Assembly: GCA_022508535.1 (NCBI GenBank)
Contig: JAFLUZ010000008.1
Location: 10,467 to 74,466, forward strand
Length of the DNA: 64,000 bases
Origin: Erysipelotrichales bacterium
Lineage (GTDB): Bacteria > Bacillota_I > Bacilli_A > RFN20 > CAG-826
Direction: 5' to 3'
Shown: positions 21,557 through 31,478 of the stretch, piece after piece
Numbering within the stretch: the stretch's first letter is position 1
Layout: each line of letters opens with the position of its first letter
Translations under genes and position numbers: made by a program
The notes under the pieces: generated by a model
Seen by the model: only the letters and a program-made list of their open reading frames with translations
Database searches by the model: none
Told to the model about the DNA's origin: nothing

Positions 21557-22180
21557 TTATCCATGATATTTTATTAAGCGATAGAAGCCTAAAAGGGAAA
21601 ATATTCCACAATAACCACCTTCTACAATAAGAGGAGCATATTTCATCCATGATGCAAATGATGGGTCATTATCTTTATAAATAAGAGTAGGTAAAACAAA
21701 GAACACTAATAGTAGAACAGCAACAGTTCCCAATTTTACACATATTCCCGATATAGTTTTCTTTATATCTTCTCTTGAAGTTTCACGAAATTCTCCAAAA
21801 GTTATATCATATTCATATGTAATTCTTGTATAGTGTTGCACAAAATCTTCAAATCGTGGGATGATTAAAAAGAGTAAAATCCCATGTGCCAAATAGATTC
21901 CAAAATCTAAGCCAAACATAGCAAAATTACCTTTCGAAATTTTAAAAAATAAAACTAAGGCAAAAGCTAAACATGATGGAAAATAAATATATGGGAATTT
22001 AATTGCAAAAAAGTTAAAAATCAAATCAAAAATTGCTTCTATTACCCCTACAAGTGCAATCCAACCTACAATAGTCCAAATTACTTCCCCTAACGAAGAA
22101 TTTTCATTAAGCTTCCCACATGAAGTTAATAAGAAAAGGGAAAAAAAGAATAACAAATATAATCTTATATTTTTTTTCAT
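21557..22180 (-). CDS. Polytopic membrane protein with lipobox-like N-terminus
   Basis: LLTSC, about five further hydrophobic segments. Confidence 0.65.
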   Translation of the reverse strand: MKKNIRLYLLFFFSLFLLTSCGKLNENSSLGEVIWTIVGWIALVGVIEAIFDLIFNFFAIKFPYIYFPSCLAFALVLFFKISKGNFAMFGLDFGIYLAHGILLFLIIPRFEDFVQHYTRITYEYDITFGEFRETSREDIKKTISGICVKLGTVAVLLLVFFVLPTLIYKDNDPSFASWMKYAPLIVEGGYCGIFSLLGFYRLIKYHG

Positions 22181-22183
22181 AAA

Positions 22184-23029
22184 TTAATCCTCTATTGTTA
22201 TAAACATTTTTTTATCGGCTTTGTGAAAGTTTTTCAATGAATCGCCGGAATTACTATAGTATTCCTTTTTTTCCGTTCTCGTAACTAAATGTATACATGG
22301 TCCAAAAAATAAACCAGCAAGAATTAAAATAATACCCACTACCCATTTAAAGAAAGGAATCCAACTTTTGTTTATAATTATCAAAGCAAGTCCACCGACG
22401 ATGGCTAAATATCCAGCCACGATAAGCATTATTCCCATGAGCGGTGATTTTACTGCCCCCTCATCAATATCTTTCCTTGTGAGCTTATTCTTTTTATTAT
22501 CACCTACAAAACCATTTACTGCATCTAATGCGTCAAGTACTTCATTAAGAACTCCCGCCCATGGAGTAAATAAATTAAATTTGTCATTCGTATAATCGAC
22601 AAGAGATATCCCAAACGCTGGATATTTTTCATTATCACCAACGATGCCACCTTCGTAATTTCTAAAAAGACACACATTTCTTAGACTAAATTTTGTTTTG
22701 TAAAGAACTTTATAAACAAATTCTTCATAATCAGATCCGTGTTTTTCAACTGATTTTTTTGCTATAAATTTGTCAAATATATTTCTAAAATCAAACACCA
22801 TAGTATTAACAGCACCATTTTCATCAAGATGGACATCAAAATACAAACGTGCCTTCCCGTATTTCATTTGACATATAACTATAGAATGCTCTTTAGTATA
22901 TTTTACTCTTCCCAGTCTTCCCCCTGGAGCTTTGTAATTAAAATAACAATATAATGAATTATACATTGGGTTACTTAGAAATTTTTTGTGGATAGAGTTT
23001 TCGTCAGCTGCAACTTTTTCGTATTCCAT
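22184..23029 (-). CDS. Hypothetical protein with two C-terminal TM helices
   Basis: 281-aa ORF with AAGGAG upstream. Confidence 0.7.
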   Translation of the reverse strand: MEYEKVAADENSIHKKFLSNPMYNSLYCYFNYKAPGGRLGRVKYTKEHSIVICQMKYGKARLYFDVHLDENGAVNTMVFDFRNIFDKFIAKKSVEKHGSDYEEFVYKVLYKTKFSLRNVCLFRNYEGGIVGDNEKYPAFGISLVDYTNDKFNLFTPWAGVLNEVLDALDAVNGFVGDNKKNKLTRKDIDEGAVKSPLMGIMLIVAGYLAIVGGLALIIINKSWIPFFKWVVGIILILAGLFFGPCIHLVTRTEKKEYYSNSGDSLKNFHKADKKMFITIED

Positions 23030-23529
23030 GATTTTATGACACTCCTTTTCTTGAAATAATATGTATTAATAAAATACATTATTATTTTTTCTCAAAATCA
23101 TATATTTAATTTATTGTAACACTATCATTAAAATATGTAAACTAACAACTACGTGGATTTTTGATGGCTAAATAATAGGTAGTAAGTTATTCTTCTTTAT
23201 ATGCAACTTATCAAAGAAATATAAGAGAAAAGCAGATAAAAGAGTAAAAAAACGATATACATCAAATTAATCAAAAAACACGTTATGATGGTTTTATACA
23301 TCAATTACACACCTAGATGATTTAGGTAAAGAAAATTGTTTTGGTCTTGTCATTTTTGTTTATTATCATTTCATAATCAATATAACAAAAAAGTATTCGT
23401 TGACTTTTTTTGTATCTACGAATACTTTACTAGTTCATTTTTTACTCGTCTTTTTCTTAAAATCAGTACTAGAACTTAAAACTCAAAAATTATATTTATA
23501 TAAATTAATCTCACACTGTTTCTACTATC

Positions 23530-24013
23530 TTAATCGCCTAATGTTTTAAAAAATTTTTTCTCAGCCGTATGGAAATCTTTCATTAAATCGCCAGAATTGG
23601 TGTAGTAATTTTTTTTATCAGATACCGACGAAGCATGTAAACCTGGTCCAAAAAACAATCCAGCAAGAATTAAAATAATAGCAAGCAACCATTTAAAAAA
23701 AGGAGCCCAACTTTTATTAAAAATTAACAATGCAATTCCACCAATGATAGCTGCAAACTACGACAATAATTTTATAATATGCAAATCCACTAACAAATCT
23801 AACTCCGCGTACATTTCCATTCATTGCTGCAGAGTTAACAACTGTATACAAAATATGGTGTGCAGCTTCTCGAGCATGAACTTGGTATTCAACATTATTT
23901 TTAATGGTAAAAGTCGAGCTATTATTTTTAATTTTTACACTGAATGTATCCTTTTGTACCGATCCATTTGTAATTTTCGGTCGTAAGCAATGAACTTTCA
24001 TCCAGTTTCCCAC
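23530..24013 (-). pseudogene. Degraded paralog of 22184..23029
   Basis: C-terminal 66 aa about 60% identical by manual alignment (NKSW.PFFKW...IILILAGLFFGP...YY.NSGD); the frame is closed by TAG just upstream of FAAIIGGIAL, and the upstream part is in another frame. Confidence 0.7.
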
Positions 24014-24053
24014 ACCAGTAAAACTAATAAAGTACCTTTATATTTGAAATATT

Positions 24054-26387
24054 TTATATATCTTCATAAAATTTTTTTAATTCGGTTTCGATATCTTTTT
24101 CATTTAAGACAACATCATAGTTATTCCACTCGGCTTTAAAAAGATCTTGATATCTTCTTTGCATATATCTTTCATCAATAAGCAATACAATTCCTTTATC
24201 ATTTTCACTTCTTATAACTCGTCCTACTGCCTGCATAACACGGTTCATACCAGGTTTTACATATGCGTAATCAAATCCATTTTCTTCATTCTCATCGAAG
24301 TAGTTTCTAATTAAATCACGTTCATATGATATTTGAGGTAATCCAACTCCTACAATTATTGCTCCAATCAAACGATTACCAATTAAGTCAATACCTTCTG
24401 AGAATATTCCTCCCAAAACGGCAAATCCAATATGAGTTTCAGTCGGATTTTCATTAAAATTATCTAAAAAAGCAGTTTTTTCCTCTTCTTTCATATCTTG
24501 AACTTGACTATGAATAATAAAATCTTCATTTTCAAAATATTCTAAGACGCTATTTAAATATTTATAAGACGGAAAAAACACAAAATAATTTCCAATTTTT
24601 TGTGATACAGCAGTCTTAATATAACTTGCTACATCACCATATGTCTTATCTCGATTTTTATAAGTTGTTGATATATTAGGAGCAACCATTAGCTTTAAAT
24701 TTTTTCTTGGAAACGGAGAAGGTATGCGTAAAACTGGTGAACTATCATTGCCACCAAGAAGTTTTACGTAATAGTCAAGTGGAGAAAGTGTCCCTGAAAA
24801 TAATACTGTACCTTTTAACTTTGACAATGAATCTTCAAATAGTTTCGCAGGATTTAAATTAAAGATATTAACACTTATGTCACCATTGTCCTTGTAAATA
24901 TAGAATTTAAAACTTCCATTAAAAAATTCAGAAATCTTAACAAAACGGATTGCGTCAAAATAATATTCTTTAAATTCTTCTTCAACATCATATGGAAGTT
25001 TTTTCATATAATCCGATGCTTGTTGTTGAAATGATGAAAGTGCTGAAATCAATTTAACATCTAAATCATCTCTTAAGTTATATCCAACTTCCGAAGTGAC
25101 ATCGTATTCTTTAAAAATCTTTCCTATTTTATTGACAGCTGTCTTTAATTTTTTGTGTTCAATGGACTTAATATTTTTCTTCATTCTTTTAAAATTTGAA
25201 TATGAAAGTGATGTTGAATACATTTCTCTTCCACGCTCAACTAGATTATGAGCCTCATCTACTAATCCTACCATTCGGTAAGTTGTTTCATCAAAATATC
25301 TGCGCATATACACAATTGGATCAAAAAGATAATTAAAATCACAAATGATAATATCGGAAAATAATGATGCATCTAACTGAAATTCAAACGGACATAATTG
25401 ATATTTATTTGCGTAGTCTAAAAGACAATCTTTTGAAAATACTATGTCATTTTTTAGTAAATCACTTAAAGCGGGTCGTATTTTTTCATAGTATCCTCTT
25501 GCGTATGGGCATTCATCAGGATTACATCCTCTTCCTGGACATAGACATATTTTATCTTTTGCTGTGATTTGAATTACTTTTGCTTTTAAACCATTATTAA
25601 GCAAGATTTTACTTGCATTAAATGCAGAAATAATGCCACTATTTTTTGCAGTTAAATAAAAAACTTTATCAATTGTTTCTTCAGCAAATATTTTTACTGA
25701 TGGAAATAAAGTTGACATAGTTTTTCCAATGCCAGTTGGAGCTTCAACAAAAAGGATTTCTTCTTTTTTAAAAGCAGAATATGTATATTTTGCAAGTTCT
25801 CTTTGACCTAAACGATAATTCTGAAAGGGAAATTCAATAGTTTTTGCACTCTCGTTTCGATCCTCAATTTGCTTAAAAATCATTTTATAAAAATCAAGAT
25901 ATTCTCTTATTAAACCAATCACATATTCTTCTAATTCATTTTTGCTATATGTAAACTCTTTAATAAGTTGTTTATTGTCTAATTGATTAATATAAGTAAG
26001 TCTAACACCCATACGATCTTTTTTCTTATCAAGAGCATAAATGAGCGCATATACTTTAGCTTGGCCAAGATGCCATTCGGCTTGTGAATTATAAAATTCT
26101 TCATTATCAATAACGCTTGTTTTAATTTCATCAATAATGGATAAAAAAGGGCGTTCAATTATTCCATCAGCGCGGCCTTGTAACGTCAAGTTAAAACCAT
26201 CGACATTAAAAGTATGGCAAAGATAGAATTCTGCAATATAGTCATCGCTTTGTCTTCTTTGATAGCTAGCGTGAAGGCGAGTTCCTTCAGTCATAGATGT
26301 TTTGTTATAAATACGGTTATCAATATCACCTTTACGGAGGAGAAAATCTACTAATTGGTGCACAGACATTATTAAATTCTTTTCCAT
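24054..26387 (-). CDS. Rad3/DinG/XPD-family Fe-S DNA helicase with N-terminal PD-(D/E)XK nuclease-like domain
   Basis: GRADGII..IDEIKT..QAKVYA; APTGIGKT; Cys cluster; VDEAHN; SGTL; EGIDL; QAVGRVIR. Confidence 0.92.
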   Translation of the reverse strand: MEKNLIMSVHQLVDFLLRKGDIDNRIYNKTSMTEGTRLHASYQRRQSDDYIAEFYLCHTFNVDGFNLTLQGRADGIIERPFLSIIDEIKTSVIDNEEFYNSQAEWHLGQAKVYALIYALDKKKDRMGVRLTYINQLDNKQLIKEFTYSKNELEEYVIGLIREYLDFYKMIFKQIEDRNESAKTIEFPFQNYRLGQRELAKYTYSAFKKEEILFVEAPTGIGKTMSTLFPSVKIFAEETIDKVFYLTAKNSGIISAFNASKILLNNGLKAKVIQITAKDKICLCPGRGCNPDECPYARGYYEKIRPALSDLLKNDIVFSKDCLLDYANKYQLCPFEFQLDASLFSDIIICDFNYLFDPIVYMRRYFDETTYRMVGLVDEAHNLVERGREMYSTSLSYSNFKRMKKNIKSIEHKKLKTAVNKIGKIFKEYDVTSEVGYNLRDDLDVKLISALSSFQQQASDYMKKLPYDVEEEFKEYYFDAIRFVKISEFFNGSFKFYIYKDNGDISVNIFNLNPAKLFEDSLSKLKGTVLFSGTLSPLDYYVKLLGGNDSSPVLRIPSPFPRKNLKLMVAPNISTTYKNRDKTYGDVASYIKTAVSQKIGNYFVFFPSYKYLNSVLEYFENEDFIIHSQVQDMKEEEKTAFLDNFNENPTETHIGFAVLGGIFSEGIDLIGNRLIGAIIVGVGLPQISYERDLIRNYFDENEENGFDYAYVKPGMNRVMQAVGRVIRSENDKGIVLLIDERYMQRRYQDLFKAEWNNYDVVLNEKDIETELKKFYEDI

Positions 26388-26437
26388 TTTCTCACTCCTT
26401 TATATTAATAATTTAATATAATTTTTAATATGTGGCA

Positions 26438-26528
26438 ATAAAAAAATAAGGTCTGCTGGAACCTTATTTTCTGTAAGTGAGTTGCTAAATCATAGGGGAG
26501 GAGGATGTCGATTTAACCTATCGACACT
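26438..26528 (-). ncRNA. Putative small RNA or structured UTR: 5' hairpin, C-rich anti-SD stretch, terminator
   Basis: GTGTCGA-N9-TCGACAT hairpin, CCTCCTCCCCT, then AAAATAAGGT-N8-ACCTTATTTTTTT. Confidence 0.45.
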
Positions 26529-26620
26529 ATATCTTATTCCTCAAAAAAAACTTGTGGGCGGTAAACGCCTATTTTTCATTAAAAATGTATTTTTACCTAA
26601 ATATAGGCTAAAGAGCCCAA

Positions 26621-27556
26621 TTATTTTAAGACTTTACCGACTAAATTTTGATTACCATTAATAAATGCACGGTAATCCATTTTGTTCTTTCCTTCTTTTT
26701 GGAGTTCAAGTAAAGATATTTGTCCATCTTTTCCTTGCATAATTAGTCCATTTTTATCAGCAGAAATAATTTCACCTATACTATATGTGACTTTATTATT
26801 AATTACTTTTGCTTTCCAAATTTTTACTTTTGCATCATCTAAAAGTAAGTACGCACCTGGGTGATCATTTAATGCTCGTACCCAGTTTACTACTTTTTGA
26901 GCTGATATCGACAAATCTAAATGTTCTTGCTCTTTTTTTATTGTTGGACAAAATGTCACTAAAGATTCATCTTGAACTTCTCCTTTTAATTTATCGTCCA
27001 AATAAAGAGGAAGTGCTTCTAAAATTAATTCTTTCGCACAGTCCACCATTTTACTAGTCAAGGTTGACAAAGTGTCATCATCACTGATTTTCACTTCTTT
27101 TTTTGCGTACATTACGCCAGCATCCATCTTATCAATCATTTGCATCAAGGTCATGCCTGTGACATTTTCCCCTTCAATAATTGCGTATTGCATTGGAGCG
27201 GCACCACGATATTTTGGTAATAATGATCCATGAAGATTAATACATCCTAATCGGGGAATATCCAATAATCCTTGTGGCACAATTTGACCATAAGCGAGAG
27301 TTAAAATCACATCTGGTTTTAGTTCTTTGACAAATTCATAGTCTAAACGAATTTTTTCTGGTTGAAAAACTGGAATGTTATACTTTTCTGCTACAACTTT
27401 TGTCGGAACTTTTTCTAAGATTTTCTTTCTTCCTACTGGTTTATCAAGTTGTGCAACTACTCCTATAATGTTATATCCTTCAAGAATTAATGCTTCAAGG
27501 ACATTAGCAGACATTTGTGGTGTACCCATGTATAAAATTCTTTCTACTCTTTTCAT
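26621..27556 (-). CDS. fmt: Methionyl-tRNA formyltransferase
   Basis: YMGTP, AYGQI, NLHGSLLPKYRGAAP, MDAG. Confidence 0.97.
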   Translation of the reverse strand: MKRVERILYMGTPQMSANVLEALILEGYNIIGVVAQLDKPVGRKKILEKVPTKVVAEKYNIPVFQPEKIRLDYEFVKELKPDVILTLAYGQIVPQGLLDIPRLGCINLHGSLLPKYRGAAPMQYAIIEGENVTGMTLMQMIDKMDAGVMYAKKEVKISDDDTLSTLTSKMVDCAKELILEALPLYLDDKLKGEVQDESLVTFCPTIKKEQEHLDLSISAQKVVNWVRALNDHPGAYLLLDDAKVKIWKAKVINNKVTYSIGEIISADKNGLIMQGKDGQISLLELQKEGKNKMDYRAFINGNQNLVGKVLK

Positions 27557-27605
27557 TTAACATCACCTATTAAAGTGTAGCAAATAAGTAAAACTTATAA
27601 AAGTA

Positions 27606-27920
27606 TTAACCGATGAATTTTGTTATTAGTTCTGCGATTAGTTTTAATAATTTACCAATTCCAGTTATGAGTAAAGAGCCCAAGCGATTAATAATTGTTG
27701 CAAGAGCATTGCTGGTCACTTCAACTTCACCTTCTACACTTGTTGCACCATTTATTACTCCATCTTTAATTACGCTACCATTAGCGATATCTTCTTCAAA
27801 TTGATTAATAACTGAAGTAAGAGTATTATTCCCAGAACTACTTGGCTTATTTCCTGCAATTGATGCAATAACTATTCCTACTAGTAACACTATTAGAGCT
27901 GTCTTAAAGAAATTTTTCAT
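27606..27920 (-). CDS. Small membrane-anchored protein, YqxA-like by position and layout
   Basis: N-terminal TM, C-terminal amphipathic helix; downstream of gpr as yqxA is in B. subtilis. Confidence 0.5.
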   Translation of the reverse strand: MKNFFKTALIVLLVGIVIASIAGNKPSSSGNNTLTSVINQFEEDIANGSVIKDGVINGATSVEGEVEVTSNALATIINRLGSLLITGIGKLLKLIAELITKFIG

Positions 27921-27953
27921 ATTTATCACCCAAAGTAATAATAAAAAAATAAA

Positions 27954-28823
27954 CTATCTAAGATTGTCGTTTATTGCTAATTGTGGATTTATTGCTAAAT
28001 TAATTCCGCTAGCAATATTCAAAGCAATGATATCAATTAAATCATCAATTTCTTTAGTAGTCATAATAAAATTATGATTATCTCGATCTAGTGAGTGATA
28101 TATTGTTTCAATCGTGTGGGAATTAAGTAATTTTTTATCTATGACATTTAGTGTATTAACCATTATACTTGCAACATCAACAACGGTAGCAACACCAATT
28201 GCAATTACTGGAATTTTCATAATTTTCTTGTTAACACCCATACGATTATTGTTGACACCACTGCCTGGATTAATTCCAGTATCTGTTAATTGATATGTTT
28301 TATATAGACGTGAAATACTGCGTGTTGCAAGCGAATCAATGGCAATAACAATATCTATTAAAAATCGATCAATAATGCTTTTAATCATTGCACTAGATTC
28401 TAGTCCAGTCACTCCCATTACACCTGGTATAAAACATGAAACGCTTGTGACCTTTTTCTTTTTTGCATAAAAATGCGAGGTTACATTAATTTCTTTTACT
28501 ACTTTTGGACCAAGTGCATCAGAAAGATATGAGTCATTTCCAAGTCCAACAACTAGCACTTTAGAATTTGATTTAAACCCATTTTTTTTCAATATCTTTT
28601 TCAAGTATTTTGCTAAGACTTTTTCATTGTCATGATCACTTTCGCATTCAATTGTTATGTAATTTCCAATTTCTTTTCCATATTTGTTATTTTTATCTTT
28701 AATTTCAATTTGAGTAATTTTTGCTCCATCCTCTTTGAAATGTTTGATAGAGATAGGATCACATTTTTTCTTCTTTATTATTTCATCTGCAATATCATTT
28801 TTAAATAAACGCTCTAAATTCAT
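27954..28823 (-). CDS. gpr: GPR endopeptidase (germination protease, A25 family)
   Basis: VVGLGN...DALGP, PGVMG.TG.E, IAIDSLA, GINPGSGV, IAIGVATVVD; divergent from rpsT. Confidence 0.9.
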   Translation of the reverse strand: MNLERLFKNDIADEIIKKKKCDPISIKHFKEDGAKITQIEIKDKNNKYGKEIGNYITIECESDHDNEKVLAKYLKKILKKNGFKSNSKVLVVGLGNDSYLSDALGPKVVKEINVTSHFYAKKKKVTSVSCFIPGVMGVTGLESSAMIKSIIDRFLIDIVIAIDSLATRSISRLYKTYQLTDTGINPGSGVNNNRMGVNKKIMKIPVIAIGVATVVDVASIMVNTLNVIDKKLLNSHTIETIYHSLDRDNHNFIMTTKEIDDLIDIIALNIASGINLAINPQLAINDNLR

Positions 28824-28942
28824 ATAATCACCACTACTTATTATTCGTTACCTTATGAATAATAATCAAAATAGGCTAAAAACTATTGAATAAAATCGCT
28901 AGTTATGATAAACTTTTTTCGTGTTTTGAAAGAGGTGAAATT

Positions 28943-29209
28943 ATGGCAAATATTAAATCACAAGTAAAAAGAGTTGGTACTAACGAAAAAAGTCGTATGA
29001 CTAATGCTAGTTTCAAGGCTAGTGTTCGCACTGAAATGAAAAAAGTTCGTCTTGCTGTTGAAGCAGGAGACATCGAAAAAGCAGAAGCAACTTTACGTGT
29101 AGCAGTTGCAAGAATTGATAAATCTGTTACTAAAGGTGTTCAAGCAAAGAAAACTGCTGCAAGACAAAAGAGCCATCTTCAAGCCTTAGTAAATAGTTTA
29201 AAGAAATAA
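28943..29209 (+). CDS. rpsT: 30S ribosomal protein S20
   Basis: MANIKSQVKR...KTAARQKS; GAGGTG RBS. Confidence 0.97.
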   Translation: MANIKSQVKRVGTNEKSRMTNASFKASVRTEMKKVRLAVEAGDIEKAEATLRVAVARIDKSVTKGVQAKKTAARQKSHLQALVNSLKK

Positions 29210-29215
29210 TTAAAT

Positions 29216-29247
29216 AACTGCTAGGATAAAAATTCCTAGCAGTTTTT
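29216..29247 (+). terminator. rpsT terminator
   Basis: ACTGCTAGGA...TCCTAGCAGT followed by a T-run. Confidence 0.85.
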
Positions 29248-29324
29248 ATATGTTTTATGATTTTATCAAAAAAAAGGTTAATGAGAATCAAGCCATCATT
29301 AACCTTTTAAAATTACTTTTTTAA

Positions 29325-31091
29325 TTAATCTTCATCATAATTTGGTGCAGGAAATGTATCATCTAAATTAAATGCTTCAATCCATGTACGATGTTCAGTG
29401 TCTTCTGGATCATCATATACTTTAAATGGGGTAAGATATCTAATTACAATATTATCTTTTTGATATGCATACCAAGTGTCACCAGCATCATCATCGTATT
29501 GTTCGACAAATTCATATCCTGCTTCAGTAAGAATATTTGCATATTCTTCTACAAATGTATCTTTTTCTTTAAATAATACTCTTGCGATAATAAATACACC
29601 AACTGCCGCAGTGTCTTCATCAATCAAATAACTTTCTTCAAAGAACATATCAAATGAATCAATTGAAGGAGGTTCAGGAAGTGCTTCACCTAATACATTA
29701 TTTGTAAAATCAGTGAAAGTAATTGAGCGTTCCACTCTACTTGTATCTCCAACGTATACAACTGGTCCATTTTCCCAACGGAATGTGACATTTTTAAAAT
29801 CAAGAGATACTCCACTTTCAATTTCTTCTGACCAGAACCAATCTCCAAATTCGCTTTTTGTATCTTCATCCATATCTTTGGATAGCACTACTTTTACTGG
29901 AACCTCACTATTAAATTGGCAGTTTAATACTGAGTCTTCACCAGCAATAATCTCACCATCAAGATAGGTTACAGTCAAATCAAGTGACATACCATTCATT
30001 GCTTGACCATGTGAAGGATAAACAAATTCATCTAACCATGTATCGGCATCAGTAACTTGAAATGTTGATGGCTCATCAGCTTCTTCGATATCTTCAACTA
30101 ATTCAATATCAGTAAATACTACTGCCCCATCTAAAGATGAAACTGTAGCCCTTACAGTAACCTCATGCAAATAGTAAACCCATGGATCTAATTCTCCTGC
30201 ATCTGGGAAGAAAGCTGGAGCTCCATTACTAATAATTGATGTTGATGCACCAGCATTAATAATTGATGATACAACACCAGTAAACTCTGCTCTTACGCCA
30301 TCATATAAAGGTTTTCCATCTTCACCCATTCTCAAAAGCATACTAACTTCTGGAGTATGAACTTCCATTCCTCCATTCGCATATTCATCAATATAATCGA
30401 TTTTTGAAGTTCCGATATCGTCGACAGTAATACTATAGAAAATATTATTTTTAAGTGCCACTGGTTTATCTAACATTGCCTGATTAACACCTAAGAAATT
30501 AATTTGTTTTAATGCGAAATTTTCATCTAAGATAACATCAATACCATCATGTGCGTGTCCAAAGAAATAAGCCATTACATGGTTTGTCAAGTCTAGTAAT
30601 CTCAAAATTGATAATTCATCATCAGTATGGAAAGTTAATCCCTTACGATCACGAATTGATTGAGTAAATGTATCAAGGTTTAGAACATACTCTAAATCCT
30701 TCATTCTTGCAAAATCTTCACTGCTATAATCTTCACGACCAAAATCATCAAATCCATCGTAGTATTCATCTGCGATTTCTGGTGAATATACATAATAATG
30801 AATTGTATCATCGTCATCAGTTACACGCATATAACCATCAATTTGACCAGATGGCATGAATTTGCCGTAGTAGTTTTCTGATACAACTGTCTTTCCTTCA
30901 TCACCACTATAATCAATGGAGTTCAATGTGTAGTTTGTTCCAAGTTCTTTTATAGCATTTTTAAAGTCACTTAAACTTGCTACATGTGATTGTGGAACAG
31001 ATGTGTCTTGCGATACTGACCCATTTTCACCACAGGAAGTTAATAATAGGAAAGAGACCGCCAAAATAAGAGCGTTTTGTGCTTTTTTCAT
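29325..31091 (-). CDS. Acidic lipoprotein, unknown function
   Basis: Lipobox LLTSC, D/E-rich. Confidence 0.8.
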   Translation of the reverse strand: MKKAQNALILAVSFLLLTSCGENGSVSQDTSVPQSHVASLSDFKNAIKELGTNYTLNSIDYSGDEGKTVVSENYYGKFMPSGQIDGYMRVTDDDDTIHYYVYSPEIADEYYDGFDDFGREDYSSEDFARMKDLEYVLNLDTFTQSIRDRKGLTFHTDDELSILRLLDLTNHVMAYFFGHAHDGIDVILDENFALKQINFLGVNQAMLDKPVALKNNIFYSITVDDIGTSKIDYIDEYANGGMEVHTPEVSMLLRMGEDGKPLYDGVRAEFTGVVSSIINAGASTSIISNGAPAFFPDAGELDPWVYYLHEVTVRATVSSLDGAVVFTDIELVEDIEEADEPSTFQVTDADTWLDEFVYPSHGQAMNGMSLDLTVTYLDGEIIAGEDSVLNCQFNSEVPVKVVLSKDMDEDTKSEFGDWFWSEEIESGVSLDFKNVTFRWENGPVVYVGDTSRVERSITFTDFTNNVLGEALPEPPSIDSFDMFFEESYLIDEDTAAVGVFIIARVLFKEKDTFVEEYANILTEAGYEFVEQYDDDAGDTWYAYQKDNIVIRYLTPFKVYDDPEDTEHRTWIEAFNLDDTFPAPNYDED

Positions 31092-31157
31092 AAATATATC
31101 CTCTTTTTCTTTAAAATATTTGCTATAAATATATACTAAATTATAAACATTTTTTAA

Positions 31158-31171
31158 TGAAAGTGTTTACA
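31158..31171. promoter_or_regulatory. cre-like (CcpA/LacI-family) site in divergent lipoprotein promoter region
   Basis: TGAAAGTGTTTACA, one mismatch to TGWAANCGNTNWCA; second LacI-like core AAAAAGCGCTTGCA at 31314-31327. Confidence 0.35.
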
Positions 31172-31478
31172 TTTGCACCTATTTCATACTCAAAATTATT
31201 ATTTTGTGTTCGCATTTATGGTAAATTTACCCTATTTTATCGTATTTTCTAGCACAAAACATATTTTTTTACTAAAATGTAAGTGTAAAGTTGCTTTGTT
31301 TTAAATATATTTAAAAAAGCGCTTGCATTTTGCTGTTTGAATGGCAAATTTTATTGACTATTATATTCAAAAAGCGTATGATATATACATATTATGTATT
31401 ATTAATTATTTATCTTATTTTCGACAAATATAATGTCACAGAATTAGTGAATAATTGAATAACTTGAAAGGAGTATAA

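Noticed and set aside
25900-26387. Cas4-like motif suggesting a CRISPR-Cas locus
   Set aside because: It is the N-terminal domain of a helicase; no repeat-spacer array or other cas genes were seen in the window.
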